From Gemmatimonadota bacterium (GTDB lineage: Bacteria > Gemmatimonadota > Gemmatimonadetes > Longimicrobiales > Gaopeijiaceae): a stretch of DNA of 64,000 nt. Below are positions 28,328 to 38,968 of the stretch, one piece after another (positions within the stretch are counted from its first letter, which is position 1; the number at the start of each line of letters is the position of its first letter). The stretch lies in contig JBDHHQ010000053.1 of assembly GCA_039589315.1 (NCBI GenBank), positions 1-64,000 of the forward strand. Direction: 5' to 3'. Below the pieces are notes generated by a model that saw nothing but the letters and a program-made list of their open reading frames with translations, searched no databases and had not been told where the DNA came from. Position numbers and translations under genes: made by a program.

Positions 28328-29508
28328 AGGACCGCCAAGGCCTGATCCAGGTCGGCCGTCAGTAGGTCGACGCTCTCCAACCCCACCGACAGGCGTACCA
28401 GTCCGGTGGGCATACGTTGGGATTCCACGTAGTCGAGGTCGACTCCGCGGTTGGGTGTGACCACCAGGCTCTCGACCCCGCCCCAGCTCACCCCGACGCG
28501 GAAGCGCTCCAGCGCGTTCACGAACCGCGTGACCCGGTCGAAGCTGTCCGTGTCGAGCTCGAACGACATGAGGCTGGAGAATCCAGTCAGACAGGCCTGC
28601 GCATAGGGTTCGGAGGCCGGGTTCAGAGCCGGGTGATGGACGCGCCGGACTCCCCGGTGCGCCTGGAGGTGCCGGGCCACGGCCAGCCCGTCGGTGTGGT
28701 GCTGGCGCATGCGGACGGGGAGCGTGCGCAGGCCGCGGTTCAGAAGCCAAGCGCCGAACGGTGACAGCTGTGCGCCCAGAAGGAGCACGCTGTCGTAATA
28801 GATCCGCTCCATCAGCTCCCGGCTGGTCACCAGGACGCCCGCCACCAGGTCGCTGTGCCCTCCCAGGTACTTGCTGGCCGAATGGACGACCACGTCCACG
28901 CCCATGCTGATCGGTTTCTGGAACAGCGGTGTGGCCCAACTGTTGTCCATGACCGTGTGGATGCCGCGGTCCCGGGCCATCGCCACGAGTCCCGCCGCAT
29001 CCAGCATGCGGAACTGCATGGTGCCGGGGCTCTCGAACCAGATGATCCGGGTCTGGGGCGTGAGCGCCTCTTCGATGGCACGAAGGTCCAGGTCCAGGAC
29101 GATGTCGTGTGTCACGCCGAAGCGTTCCAGCCGATCCGCGAGCTGCAGTGTCGGGCCGTACACGTTGTTCACGTACAGGACGTGGTCCCCGGCCTCGAGC
29201 AGCCCCAAGAGCACGGCGCTCACCGCCCCCATGCCCGACGCGAAGCACCGGCAGGCCTCGCCACGCTCGAGGGTCGCCAGCTTCCGCTCCACCGCCTCCC
29301 GGGTCGGATTCTGGGCCCGGCTGTAGACGTGGTGGGTGTGCTCGGCGCCGAGACTCTCGATCAGGTGGTCAAGGCTCTCATGGGCGAAGAGCGATGTCTG
29401 GACGATGGGCGGTGAGAGGGCTCCGCCCTGACCGGGCAGGTCCTCTTCATGGCCGAGGCAGACGAGCTCGTCCTTGGGGTCGATGGAGGCGAATTCCAGG
29501 TCGGTCAC
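28324..29508 (-). CDS. PLP-dependent Cys/Met metabolism enzyme (cystathionine beta/gamma-lyase family)
   Basis: PPIVQTS, YSR.QNPT, FASGMGA, ESP, DNSWATP, HSASKYLGGHSD, VSWGGVESL, RLSVGLE. Confidence 0.92.
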   Translation of the reverse strand: MTDLEFASIDPKDELVCLGHEEDLPGQGGALSPPIVQTSLFAHESLDHLIESLGAEHTHHVYSRAQNPTREAVERKLATLERGEACRCFASGMGAVSAVLLGLLEAGDHVLYVNNVYGPTLQLADRLERFGVTHDIVLDLDLRAIEEALTPQTRIIWFESPGTMQFRMLDAAGLVAMARDRGIHTVMDNSWATPLFQKPISMGVDVVVHSASKYLGGHSDLVAGVLVTSRELMERIYYDSVLLLGAQLSPFGAWLLNRGLRTLPVRMRQHHTDGLAVARHLQAHRGVRRVHHPALNPASEPYAQACLTGFSSLMSFELDTDSFDRVTRFVNALERFRVGVSWGGVESLVVTPNRGVDLDYVESQRMPTGLVRLSVGLESVDLLTADLDQALAVL

Positions 29509-29691
29509 GGCGCGAATCTAGGGGGACGACGGACCGGAAGGCGAGACAGGGAGCGCGCCGGCCTGGTTTGTGAGGCGCTCAACGCAGGGCACGGCATCGT
29601 CCGGGCTGCCCATGCCTGGTGCGCCCCGCCCCCCACCGCCCCTCCGCGAGACACCCGGACCCCGTTTCTCAGGCGGGGGTTCTACGACGCC

Positions 29692-31245
29692 ATGAGCATC
29701 GAACGCTACCGGGGCATCATCCCCGATTGGGACCGGTTCGTCGAGACCGTCCAGCGGCCGGAGCCGGTGACGCTCCGGGTCCGCCTGAGCCGTATCGGGA
29801 CCGACGAGCTCGCGGCCCGGCTGGAGGCACGAGGATTCCGGACCGAGCCTGTCCACGGTCTGCCCAAGCTCCTGCGGGTCGTGGACGGCCCGCGCCCGGT
29901 CGCTCACACCCTGGAGCACTGGCAGGGGCTCTTCTACCTGCAGCAGACGGTCACCAGCCTGGCGGCCCCCGTGCTGGGGACGTCGCCTCGGGACCGGGTC
30001 CTGGACATGTGCGCATCCCCGGGCGGAAAGACCACCCACCTGGCCGAGCTCATGCAGGAACGGGGCTGCCTCGTGGCCGCCGACGTCAGCGAGGGTCGCT
30101 TGAAGGGGATGATGGGCAACCTCACGCGTTTGCTCATTCCAAACGTCGTGACGGTCGTGAGCGACGGCCGCCAGTTTCCCGGGGGCGCTCTGTTCGACCG
30201 CATCCTGGTGGACGCCCCCTGCTCGGCCGAGGGCAACCTGCGGAAGAAGGGCGGCCGGTTCCGCCCCCAACGGGCCTCGTTCCTCCGGCACGTAACCCGC
30301 CTGCAGGAAGGCCTCCTTCGCCGGGCGATCGAGCTGCTGCGACCCGGCGGATCCGTTCTGTACGCGACGTGCACCTTCTCGCCCGACGAGAACGAAGCGG
30401 TAGTGAGCCGGGTCCTGGCCGACACACCCGTGCGCATGGTCCCCATCGAGCTACCGGTCCCGTCCGCTCCTGGCCTCGCCGCTTTCGAGGACCAGCGCTT
30501 CGACCCGAGCCTGGTCCTGGCGCACCGTCTGTACCCCCATCACCTGGATTCGGGGGGCCTGTTCATGGCGCTGCTGGAGAAGGACGGCGAGACCGTTGAA
30601 GGCTCACGGCCGCAAACAAGCGCTGGATTCACTCCGGCGCCGGTGGGTGAGACCGAGCCGCCCCCGCATCCCGAGGCTGGCGCGGAAGATCTCTCACACC
30701 CCGCGTGGTGCCCCGTCCCCCTCACCTTTCCCGGTGCGTCCGTCTCCAACGCCGAGGCCCTCGCCTGGGTCCAGGACGGCCTCGGTCGGCTGACCGAGGA
30801 GTTCGGCGTGGCGCCGGGGGCGACCGAGGGGCTGCGCTGGATGGTCCGGGGCGACAGCGCCTGGATGCACACCATGGACGCGTGGCCCGTGGAGGCATGG
30901 GAGCCCGGCGAATGGCGCATCTCGTCGGTGGGGCTCCGGGGCTTGAGCCCCGATGCCCGCAGACGACTCCGCCCCACCAACTACCTGCTGCGTCTACTGG
31001 GCGATGGGGTCACCCACCGTTGCATTCCCCTCGATCGGGGCACCGCGCAGCGGGTGCTGAAGCGGGACCCTGTCCTGAGTCCCCTGGACGCGCCGGGGTA
31101 CGCCACCCTCACGCTGGAAGGCCAGGTGATCGGGCGAGCCTCGGTGGGTCAGGCCGGCATCCGGCACGAGATCCCGAAGGCCCGGGCGCAGCGGCTGCTC
31201 GAGATCCTCCAGCGCGAGGAAGCCCCCACCCCTGAGGCCGAGTAG
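29692..31245 (+). CDS. RsmB/RsmF/NOP2-family RNA m5C methyltransferase
   Basis: LDMCASPGGKT, DAPCS, YATCT..ENE, GLFMALL; C-terminal PUA-like region. Confidence 0.9.
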   Translation: MSIERYRGIIPDWDRFVETVQRPEPVTLRVRLSRIGTDELAARLEARGFRTEPVHGLPKLLRVVDGPRPVAHTLEHWQGLFYLQQTVTSLAAPVLGTSPRDRVLDMCASPGGKTTHLAELMQERGCLVAADVSEGRLKGMMGNLTRLLIPNVVTVVSDGRQFPGGALFDRILVDAPCSAEGNLRKKGGRFRPQRASFLRHVTRLQEGLLRRAIELLRPGGSVLYATCTFSPDENEAVVSRVLADTPVRMVPIELPVPSAPGLAAFEDQRFDPSLVLAHRLYPHHLDSGGLFMALLEKDGETVEGSRPQTSAGFTPAPVGETEPPPHPEAGAEDLSHPAWCPVPLTFPGASVSNAEALAWVQDGLGRLTEEFGVAPGATEGLRWMVRGDSAWMHTMDAWPVEAWEPGEWRISSVGLRGLSPDARRRLRPTNYLLRLLGDGVTHRCIPLDRGTAQRVLKRDPVLSPLDAPGYATLTLEGQVIGRASVGQAGIRHEIPKARAQRLLEILQREEAPTPEAE

Positions 31246-31363
31246 CCCGCACCTTGGCGCGCGCCCGTCAGGGACGCCAGAGTGGGTGGTCAGGATGGTG
31301 GCTCGGCAGGGCACCGGATTGCCGAAGCGCGTCGTATCCCTGAGCCCGCGACCGCTTGGCCAG

Positions 31364-33637
31364 CTAGAACTGGAAGAGCTTGGTGACCTTGAGCGTGATC
31401 GTGCGGTCGACGAGCTCGTCCGTCTGCAGATTGCGGCGCTCGCTGAACACCAGGAAGAGGTCGCTCAACGGAGCGTGCAGCAGGTTCAGCCGCAGGTTGG
31501 TGATGAGCTCCTCGGTCTGTGCCACGTACTGGACGAACGCCGACGTGAAGAGCTTGGTGCTGTGGGCGTACTTGACCCGGCCGCCGTACACGTCGGCGTC
31601 GAAGGACTCGCCGGTGAGGGTGATGGCGTTGCGCTCGCCGAAGACCTCGAACGACCAGTGGGGATTAGGCCGGAGGAGAGCCGTCAGGTTCACCGAGGTG
31701 CGGTCGCCGTCGTAGAAGCCGCCTCGGCCGAAGCCGATCACCCCCGAGATCTTGCGGGCACCGCTCGTCGTGTACCGGACCGTGGCGTCGGTGAAATCGT
31801 AGTCGCCGGCCGGAACCTCCTTATCGAGGATCAACGTGGGGGTCAACAGCCGCTCGAATTGATCGTTCACCTCGAGGGTCAGGTTGCCCCCGTCCAGGAA
31901 CTGGGTGGCGATACCTCCTTTGACCCATTGGCTCTCCAGGACCCCCTCGAGGTTCTCGATGAACGAGACGTCGACGTACGGGTTGAGCTCCTGGATCCCT
32001 GGCAGATCAGGCTGGGGATGGGCGCCGAACGTCGCGAAGGCCTGGTTGATGTTCCGTCGACGGATGAAGCCAACGTCCGGATTGAAGGACTCGCCCACGT
32101 GCTTCACGAACGCCGACGTGTCCCAGATCCGGTCCCGGTACGCCGCCTGAAACCATAGCGACGTCCTGTCTCCCTGGACTTCGGGCTCGTCGGTGGCGGC
32201 CACGTAGCCGTTGAGGATCAGGTACTTGAAGAGGCGGGCGTTGGCGTCGAAGCCGAAGCTCCGGTTGTACTGGCCACCGCCGCCCGACGTCGCCTGGCGG
32301 TTGACGAACATGAGCCCCACCTCGGCGTCGCCCGCGGCGAAGGGCTGACGGACCCGACCAACCGTGAAGTTCTCGGCCTGGAAGTCGTCGTATGCGAGGG
32401 TCTGCATGTTCAGGAACCCGACGTCGGTCTCGCCCATCTTCCCCGACATGCGGACGCCGCCCAGCATGGGGATCACCCGACGGTCGGGAGAGAGGCCGAT
32501 GTTCCTGGAGTAGAACAGCTTGAAGTCTCGGGGCGAGGATCCGGTCCGGTAGTTCCGCTCGCTCACGTCACCCAGCGTGAAGATGCCGTCGTTCTCCAAG
32601 AAGAGGTCGCGCTTCTCCGGGAAGAAGATGGAGAAGCGGGTCAGGTTCACCTGTTCCTGGTCCACCTCCACCTGTGAGAAGTCGGTGAAGAGCGACGCGT
32701 CCAGCGTGAGGCGGGGCGTGATGCCGTACTTCAGGTCGAAGCCCGCCGCGAAGTTGCCGCCCGTGTCGTCCAGCGCTTCCCGGGCCGTTCCCTGGAGCGT
32801 CTCTCCCAACGCGTATGGCTTGATCGTCAGGTTCCGGCCCTGCTCGAGCCCCTGGAAGCCATGGACCGTGCCGGCCCGCGACACCTTGTGGATCCGGAAC
32901 TGGGTGGCCAGAGGCGCCCAATAGGAGTCCTCGTTGATGCGGCGGATCCGCCGGCCGAAGTTCATGCCCCAGGACTGCTCGCCCTCGGCCTCCTTGAAGC
33001 GGAACGTGGTCAGGGGGATCGCCATCTCCACGACCCAGCGATCCTCGTAGATCCCCACCTCGTGGTAGACGACGCCCTCCCACTCACGGCTGATATACCG
33101 GCTGTCGTTGAACATCTGGGCGTCGAAGAGTGCTCCCGCCGGGCTCACCCCCCACATGAACGCGGACTGGCGGTCGAGGAAGGTGTCGAACGCCACCATG
33201 AAGATGTCGGCGTCGTGGGTGGAGAAGTCCTGCTCGAGCCCGGGGGACGTGAGCTTCTCCGGCTCCGCGTCCCACATCACCGCCCCGAGGTAGACGAAGT
33301 TGTCGTCATAGAGGACCCGGACCTCGGTACGTTCCGTGGCCGGGTAGCCGGCCCGGGGCAGCGCGGTGATGAAGTCGGTAGCGGGCTGGGCCGCGGCCCA
33401 CGCCTCCTCGTCCAGCACCGCGTCGATCTTCATGCCGCTGCTTACGGGAACCGTGGCGAGGTGAAGCGCCCGGAGCTCCGGCCGGGGCACGGCCTCGGGG
33501 TCGATGGCTGCAGGCATGGGGCGGTCGTCCGGGCCGCCGGCCTGAGCCGACAGCACTGCGGGCAGGGAGAGGGGAAGCATCACGAGGAATGCTCGAACCG
33601 CCACCCGAGACCTTATGCGCTGCACGCGAAGCTTCAT
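31364..33637 (-). CDS. CBM9-like + DUF5916-type outer-membrane protein
   Basis: IDAVLDE..W, TEVRVLYD, WVVEMAIP, DFSQVEVD..VNLTRFSIFFPEKRD.FLE; C-terminal Phe. Confidence 0.82.
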   Translation of the reverse strand: MKLRVQRIRSRVAVRAFLVMLPLSLPAVLSAQAGGPDDRPMPAAIDPEAVPRPELRALHLATVPVSSGMKIDAVLDEEAWAAAQPATDFITALPRAGYPATERTEVRVLYDDNFVYLGAVMWDAEPEKLTSPGLEQDFSTHDADIFMVAFDTFLDRQSAFMWGVSPAGALFDAQMFNDSRYISREWEGVVYHEVGIYEDRWVVEMAIPLTTFRFKEAEGEQSWGMNFGRRIRRINEDSYWAPLATQFRIHKVSRAGTVHGFQGLEQGRNLTIKPYALGETLQGTAREALDDTGGNFAAGFDLKYGITPRLTLDASLFTDFSQVEVDQEQVNLTRFSIFFPEKRDLFLENDGIFTLGDVSERNYRTGSSPRDFKLFYSRNIGLSPDRRVIPMLGGVRMSGKMGETDVGFLNMQTLAYDDFQAENFTVGRVRQPFAAGDAEVGLMFVNRQATSGGGGQYNRSFGFDANARLFKYLILNGYVAATDEPEVQGDRTSLWFQAAYRDRIWDTSAFVKHVGESFNPDVGFIRRRNINQAFATFGAHPQPDLPGIQELNPYVDVSFIENLEGVLESQWVKGGIATQFLDGGNLTLEVNDQFERLLTPTLILDKEVPAGDYDFTDATVRYTTSGARKISGVIGFGRGGFYDGDRTSVNLTALLRPNPHWSFEVFGERNAITLTGESFDADVYGGRVKYAHSTKLFTSAFVQYVAQTEELITNLRLNLLHAPLSDLFLVFSERRNLQTDELVDRTITLKVTKLFQF

Positions 33638-33793
33638 GCGTTGAATGTACCCAGGATCTCACCGCGATTACACGGGCGTCATCCTAGAAAGACACCGGCA
33701 GCACCTGGGCTGTTGAGCGGTGACGGACTCACGGTGAGTGCCTTGCCGACGCGGGACGTGTGGCACGGGCCCCGAATCGCTAGCTTCGTCGCC

Positions 33794-36166
33794 ATGGACG
33801 CCGCCGAACCGCCCATCGCCCCTCCGGACGCCACCTTCGCCAACGGCCCTCCGGAGACGCTGGCTCCCATTGGCGGGCCCACCCGGCGACGGCCCATGCC
33901 GGCACCCGTACAGGTGCTGCTCGCCGGCGTCCTGATCCCGCTGTTGGTGTCCCTGATCATCCTCTGGATCCTGCAGCCGTCCCTGCTGCTGCTGCCCACC
34001 ACCCCCACGGGCTTCGATCTGGGCGGCCACGTCTACCCGTTGGCAGAAGCCGTAGAAGCGCTTCCCGACGGCATCCCGGCGTGGAGCGACGGGTGGTTCG
34101 GTGGATTCCCGCTCTACCACTTCTACTTCCCCCTCCCGGCAGTGCTGGTGTGGCTCCTTGGGTTCGTGGCGCCTTTCGAAGTGGCGGTGAAGCTCGTGTC
34201 TGTGTTGGGCATCCTGGGCCTCCCCTTCGCCACCTACGTCCTGGCACGTGGAGTCGGCTTCAGCCGTTGGGTGTCCGGTGCGTGCGTGTTGGGCGCAGGC
34301 GCCTTCGCGTTCATGCAGAGCTACTGGTACCTGGGCGGCAACCTGTCGTCGACGCTGGCGGGAGAGTTCTCCTACGGGCTCTCGTTCACGCTTTCCCTGA
34401 TCTACCTGGGCCTCGTGGCCCGCACGGCCCGAGGGGGGCCCCGGCTGGGCGTCATCGCGTCGCTCGTACTGGCGCTCACGGCGCTATCCCACCTGCTCAC
34501 GACCGCGGTCGTCGTGGTCGCGAGCCTGCCGCTGCTGACCATCCGCCGCTCGCAGCGCGCGGTGTTCGTCTCGTGGGTCGTGGGATTCCTGCTGGCCGGC
34601 TTCTGGACGGTGCCGTTCCTGCTCCGGGCGGGGCTCCTGCCGGACATCGTGTGGGACGAGTCGCTGACGCTGGCCGAGCTGTTCCCTCGCGAGATCTGGC
34701 TGCTGCTGCCATTGGCCCTGGCCGGGGGGATCCTGACGCTCGGCAAGCGCTCGGCCTCCGTCCCGCTCCTGGTCCCGCCCTTGCTGGGACTGGCGTTCTT
34801 CTTCGCGGGGTCGAGCGCTATCCACCCGGGTCGACTCCTGCCGTACTGGTTCTTCGCCATCCATGTGCTGGCGGCAGTGTTCACGGGTGGCGCCGTACGC
34901 AGGTATCTCCGGGACCGCTCCCCCGTGGCCTTCGCCGGGGGCCTCCTGGGCCTGGTGGCGTTCGCCGTGGTCGTGGGTGTGCGCGAATACCGGGACCTGC
35001 GCACGTGGGCCACCTGGAACTACTCCGGCTACGAGACCAAACCGGGCTGGCCCGTCTACGAGGCCCTGATCGAGACGTTCCGCCAACTCCCACCCGGCCG
35101 GGTCCACTGGGAGGACGCCGAGATCGTGGCCTCCTTCGGGAGCCTGAACGCGCTATCGCTGCTCCCGTACTGGTCGCCGGAACATCCTGCCGTAGGTGGT
35201 CTGTGGCTCGAGTCGTCCCTCACCGCACCCACGTTCCTTCTGGCCAAGCGAGAGATGAGCCGGGACGAGGCAGGCCGGAGCGACCCGCGGCTCGGTCCGG
35301 AGCGGGCGTTGGACTTCGAGCGCGGCGTGGCCCACATGCGGCTGCTGGGGGCGAGGTACTACGTGGCGTTCACGCCGGAGGCCGTCGCGTTGGCCCAGGA
35401 GACCGTGGGGCTGACCACGGTCGCGGCGTCAGAGGCCTTCTCCATCTTCGAGGTATCCGACGTGTACCCCGTGGAGGTACTCGGCACACTGCCGGTGGTG
35501 GCCGATGGTGGCGATTTCCAGGACGCCGTGGCGGCTTGGTTGGACGACCCGGACGGGTTCGGCCGGCTGCTCGTTGCCGACGGACCGAGCGGGTGGCCTC
35601 GCATCGGGGATCCGGTCCTCGGGCCACCCACGTCCCGGGGGTACGGCCACGTGGGAGATCCGGAGCCGGTGTCCGAGGTCACGATGGGCGCTCGGGAGAT
35701 CACGTTTACGACTCTCACCGTTGGCGTGCCCCACTTCGTGAGGGCCGCGTACTTCCCCAACTGGCGGGCCGAGGGTGCCCTGGGACCGTACCTGGCGGCC
35801 CCGTCCTTCATGGTGGTCGTGCCCAACCGGGAGTCGGTGCGCCTCAGCTACCGGCGAACGTGGGTGGAGTGGTTGGGCATCCTGCTCTCCCTCCTGGGCG
35901 CCGCCGCCTTCCTGTCGGGCATGCTCCACCACGGGCTCACCTGGGCATTCCTGACCCGCAATCGCGGACCGCCCCACGCCACCGACCATCTCGACGAGGT
36001 CGGTCCCGAGGCGGTGGGCGCCGGGCCCGCGGCGGTCGAGTCCAACGAGGCCAGTGACAGGCCGGTGGCGGCCAAGTCCGGGGAGGTCAGCGACGACACG
36101 GCGGACTCCGAGTCCGAGGGTGGGACCGAAGACGCCGGACCAGAGGCGGATTCGTCGTCCAACTAG
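33794..36166 (+). CDS. GT-C-like multi-TM protein (PTPS-related membrane domain family)
   Basis: TPTGFDLGGH, W.DGWFGGFPLYHFYFPLP, GGNLSSTLAGEFSY, WATWNYSGYE, YFPNWRA.GA.GPY..APSFMVVVP; start uncertain (33794 or 33896). Confidence 0.72.
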   Translation: MDAAEPPIAPPDATFANGPPETLAPIGGPTRRRPMPAPVQVLLAGVLIPLLVSLIILWILQPSLLLLPTTPTGFDLGGHVYPLAEAVEALPDGIPAWSDGWFGGFPLYHFYFPLPAVLVWLLGFVAPFEVAVKLVSVLGILGLPFATYVLARGVGFSRWVSGACVLGAGAFAFMQSYWYLGGNLSSTLAGEFSYGLSFTLSLIYLGLVARTARGGPRLGVIASLVLALTALSHLLTTAVVVVASLPLLTIRRSQRAVFVSWVVGFLLAGFWTVPFLLRAGLLPDIVWDESLTLAELFPREIWLLLPLALAGGILTLGKRSASVPLLVPPLLGLAFFFAGSSAIHPGRLLPYWFFAIHVLAAVFTGGAVRRYLRDRSPVAFAGGLLGLVAFAVVVGVREYRDLRTWATWNYSGYETKPGWPVYEALIETFRQLPPGRVHWEDAEIVASFGSLNALSLLPYWSPEHPAVGGLWLESSLTAPTFLLAKREMSRDEAGRSDPRLGPERALDFERGVAHMRLLGARYYVAFTPEAVALAQETVGLTTVAASEAFSIFEVSDVYPVEVLGTLPVVADGGDFQDAVAAWLDDPDGFGRLLVADGPSGWPRIGDPVLGPPTSRGYGHVGDPEPVSEVTMGAREITFTTLTVGVPHFVRAAYFPNWRAEGALGPYLAAPSFMVVVPNRESVRLSYRRTWVEWLGILLSLLGAAAFLSGMLHHGLTWAFLTRNRGPPHATDHLDEVGPEAVGAGPAAVESNEASDRPVAAKSGEVSDDTADSESEGGTEDAGPEADSSSN

Positions 36167-36223
36167 GGCACCGGGGGGTGGCGCCGCCGGCTCCAGGCTA
36201 GCGACCGAATGGCGAACGCGCCC

Positions 36224-36841
36224 TCACGACCCGACCAGATCGGTCAACGGGTTCAGGGTCGGGATGGTCCGCCACGGCTCGGGTGAGCCGTCGGGCAGGT
36301 CGAGACCCAGCCGGTTGTGCCAGACCACCGCCATCCCCGCAGCCGAGGCCCCGCCGATGTCCCCCGGGGAGCCGGCCACGAAGAGCGTGCGGTCCGCCGA
36401 GGCGCCCAACGCGTCGAGAGTCCGCTCGTACGGGGGGGCCAGCGGCTTGTAGGCGCCGGCCTCCTCTGCGGTCATGACCGCGTCGAAGGGGATGCCCAAC
36501 GACCGGGCGGCGGCACGGCCCAACTTCACGGAGCAGTTGGTCACCACACCCAGGAGGTGCGAGTCGCGGAGTCGGCTCAACACCGAGGCGGCCTCGGGCC
36601 AAGGCTCCAGCTCCGCCCAGCGGTCGACGAGGCGGGCCGCGGCGTTGGGCGCCAGCCCCTCGTCGGCAGCCGACTCTGCCACCAGGTCCTCGTAGGGCCG
36701 ATACGCCCCGGTGGCGTAGGTGATCTCCAGGTAGCGCAGGCGCCAGCGCCGACCAGGCCTCGCCCCACCGGCCACGTCGTCCCACAACGACCAGGAGTCG
36801 ATGAGCGCGCTCAGCAGGTCGAAGATGACGGCGTCGAACAT
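36224..36841 (-). CDS. HAD-superfamily hydrolase (haloacid dehalogenase-like)
   Basis: AVIFDLLSALIDS, VVTNCS, YKP, FVAGSPGD, WHNR. Confidence 0.85.
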   Translation of the reverse strand: MFDAVIFDLLSALIDSWSLWDDVAGGARPGRRWRLRYLEITYATGAYRPYEDLVAESAADEGLAPNAAARLVDRWAELEPWPEAASVLSRLRDSHLLGVVTNCSVKLGRAAARSLGIPFDAVMTAEEAGAYKPLAPPYERTLDALGASADRTLFVAGSPGDIGGASAAGMAVVWHNRLGLDLPDGSPEPWRTIPTLNPLTDLVGS

Positions 36842-37099
36842 TCTGGCCAGGCTCCTCACAGCTCGCGTCTTCTCGGGGGGAGGGCAAGACTTACCCGGAC
36901 CCCCCAGGAATGACAAGCCGCCCGCGTGGGGCCCCGAAGCCCGGACACGAAGGCCCGCCACCTGAGGCGACCGGGGCTGGCGCGAGTCCCGGCTGGAGGT
37001 TCTTCTGTCACTCCGTACCGCGAGCGACGCAACTTTCCGAGGCGAACGCCGTCCTCCGTGGGTCTTGTTCCCGGGTGGACAGAGACGAAAGCGCCGACC

Positions 37100-38011
37100 A
37101 TGAACGTTCCTGACGCCGCCCATCGTCACTTGCAGCTTCCCATTGCCCTGACCGTGGCCCTCGCTGCCTTGGCCTGTGGCGGCACCGAGGACGCTGACGA
37201 CGAGGCGGCCGCTCGGGCCGGGGCGATCCAGACCGCCCAGACGTCCGAACCCCGGATCCCTCTGTCGCCCACTGCCGAAGGGCAGCTCCCGGCCGCCGTC
37301 GTGGGCGAAGCCTCCCCGCCCATGGGTCAGGCCGTCCACTACGTGAGCGGCGACCAGGCCACCACCGGGTACCTGGCGGTCCCCGAGGGTGAAGGCCCCT
37401 TCCCGTCTGCGATCCTCATCCACGAGTGGAACGGCCTGGTGGACCGGATCCGGCAGACGGCGGACGCGCTGGCCGCCGAGGGCTACGTGGCGCTGGCGGC
37501 GGATCTCTACCAGGGCCGGACCGGGACGGACCCCGAGGAGAACATGGCGCTGGTGCGGGAGACCCAGGCGAACCCCGACGCCGTCATCGCCAACCTCGAC
37601 GCCGCGGCCGCCTTTCTGCGTGCCCGGCCAGACGTCACGGGCAAGGTCGCGACCATGGGATGGTGTTTCGGCGGAGGCGTCGCCCTCAGCTACGCCATCG
37701 GGGGAGAGAGCCACGATGGCACGGCAGTCTTCTACGGACGTCTGGTGACGGACCCCGCGGTCCTCGCGTCGGTCAACCACGAGATCTACGGGACCTTCGC
37801 CGCCCTGGATCAGGGGCCGCCGCCCGAGCAGGTCAACGAGTTCGTCGAGGCCCTGCGGGCGGCCGGCATCCCGAACGACGTCCACATCTACGACGACGTG
37901 AACCACGGCTTCTGGCTGCACGTGGACGGGAGCCCCGAGAACCGGACGGAACCGGCACGGGACGCGTGGGAGCGGTTGAAGTCCTATTTGGGACGGGTAC
38001 TGTCGGACTGA
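37100..38011 (+). CDS. Dienelactone hydrolase-family lipoprotein
   Basis: LACG lipobox; IHEWNGL, GWCFGG, FYG, NHGF. Confidence 0.9.
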   Translation: MNVPDAAHRHLQLPIALTVALAALACGGTEDADDEAAARAGAIQTAQTSEPRIPLSPTAEGQLPAAVVGEASPPMGQAVHYVSGDQATTGYLAVPEGEGPFPSAILIHEWNGLVDRIRQTADALAAEGYVALAADLYQGRTGTDPEENMALVRETQANPDAVIANLDAAAAFLRARPDVTGKVATMGWCFGGGVALSYAIGGESHDGTAVFYGRLVTDPAVLASVNHEIYGTFAALDQGPPPEQVNEFVEALRAAGIPNDVHIYDDVNHGFWLHVDGSPENRTEPARDAWERLKSYLGRVLSD

Positions 38012-38156
38012 GCCGCATGACCCGGTCTGCCCGAGGCGACTGCACACGCCCGTCCGACCCGGACACGACCTCCGAAGCCGTCCACGCGTCGCCCATGGAT
38101 CGGACATTCCCGCACTGAATGGGGGCGGGCACCACTGGCCGAGGAGGCTCGCTGAT

Positions 38157-38657
38157 ATGGTCACGGGAATCCAGGACCTCTACGAGTACAACCGCTGGGC
38201 CAACCGCCGCCTTCTCGCCGTAACCGCACGCCTGACGCCGGCCCAGCTCGGCCGGGACCTCGGCAGCAGCTTCCCCAGCGTCCACGACACGCTGGTCCAC
38301 ATGCTCTACGCCGAGTGGATCTGGCTGTCGCGGTGGGAAGGGACCTCGCGGACGGGGATCCCCGTCGATTGGGACCTGTCGACCCACGAAGCCATCCTGG
38401 GCGCCTGGGGCGTCGTGGAGTCGGAGCTGGCGGCGTTCGTGTCCGACCTCACCGACGAGCGTTTGCAGGCCCCGCTCCGGTACACGAACACGCAGGGGAC
38501 GCCCTTCTCGACTCCGCTGGTGCATCTCATGCGCCACGTGGTGAATCACGCCAGCTATCACCGGGGGCAGATCGTGAGCATGCTCCGGCAGTTGGGAGTG
38601 GAGCCGGTGGCGACCGACATGGTTCTGTTCTACCTGGAGCGGGGTGGGCAGGTCTGA
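38157..38657 (+). CDS. DinB-family protein
   Basis: YNRWANRR, SVHDTLVH, HVVNHASYHRGQ; SD GGAGG. Confidence 0.92.
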   Translation: MVTGIQDLYEYNRWANRRLLAVTARLTPAQLGRDLGSSFPSVHDTLVHMLYAEWIWLSRWEGTSRTGIPVDWDLSTHEAILGAWGVVESELAAFVSDLTDERLQAPLRYTNTQGTPFSTPLVHLMRHVVNHASYHRGQIVSMLRQLGVEPVATDMVLFYLERGGQV

Positions 38658-38968
38658 GGTTCGCAGTCCGCCCACTGGAAGATCTTGCGATCCCTCAGGT
38701 TGCGGCCCAGGGGCTCAACGCCTCGACCCTCTCCTCCGGAAGTCATTCCACGGGTACGGGCGACGACTGTCCCGAGACGCACTCCCAGCGAACGTCACCC
38801 AGACGATGGACACCCAGGTAGACGCAGCGCCGATCCACCGCCACTCCGTCCTCGACGCTTCGCCTCGACGAGCTCAAAACTGCGACGAACCAGACAACTC
38901 CTCGCATCGACACGTCCTTGCTCTGTGGATTCCGAGCTCGGCCTTCAGGACCCCGTCCCGGTCACCGA

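Noticed and set aside
29509..29691. SAM or other riboswitch upstream of the Cys/Met enzyme
   Set aside because: No recognisable consensus by eye; an Infernal/Rfam scan would be needed.
32861..33793. N-terminal 311 aa of the 1101-aa ORF (likewise the extensions of 26825-29248 and 36224-38164)
   Set aside because: They overlap neighbouring genes; real starts lie downstream.
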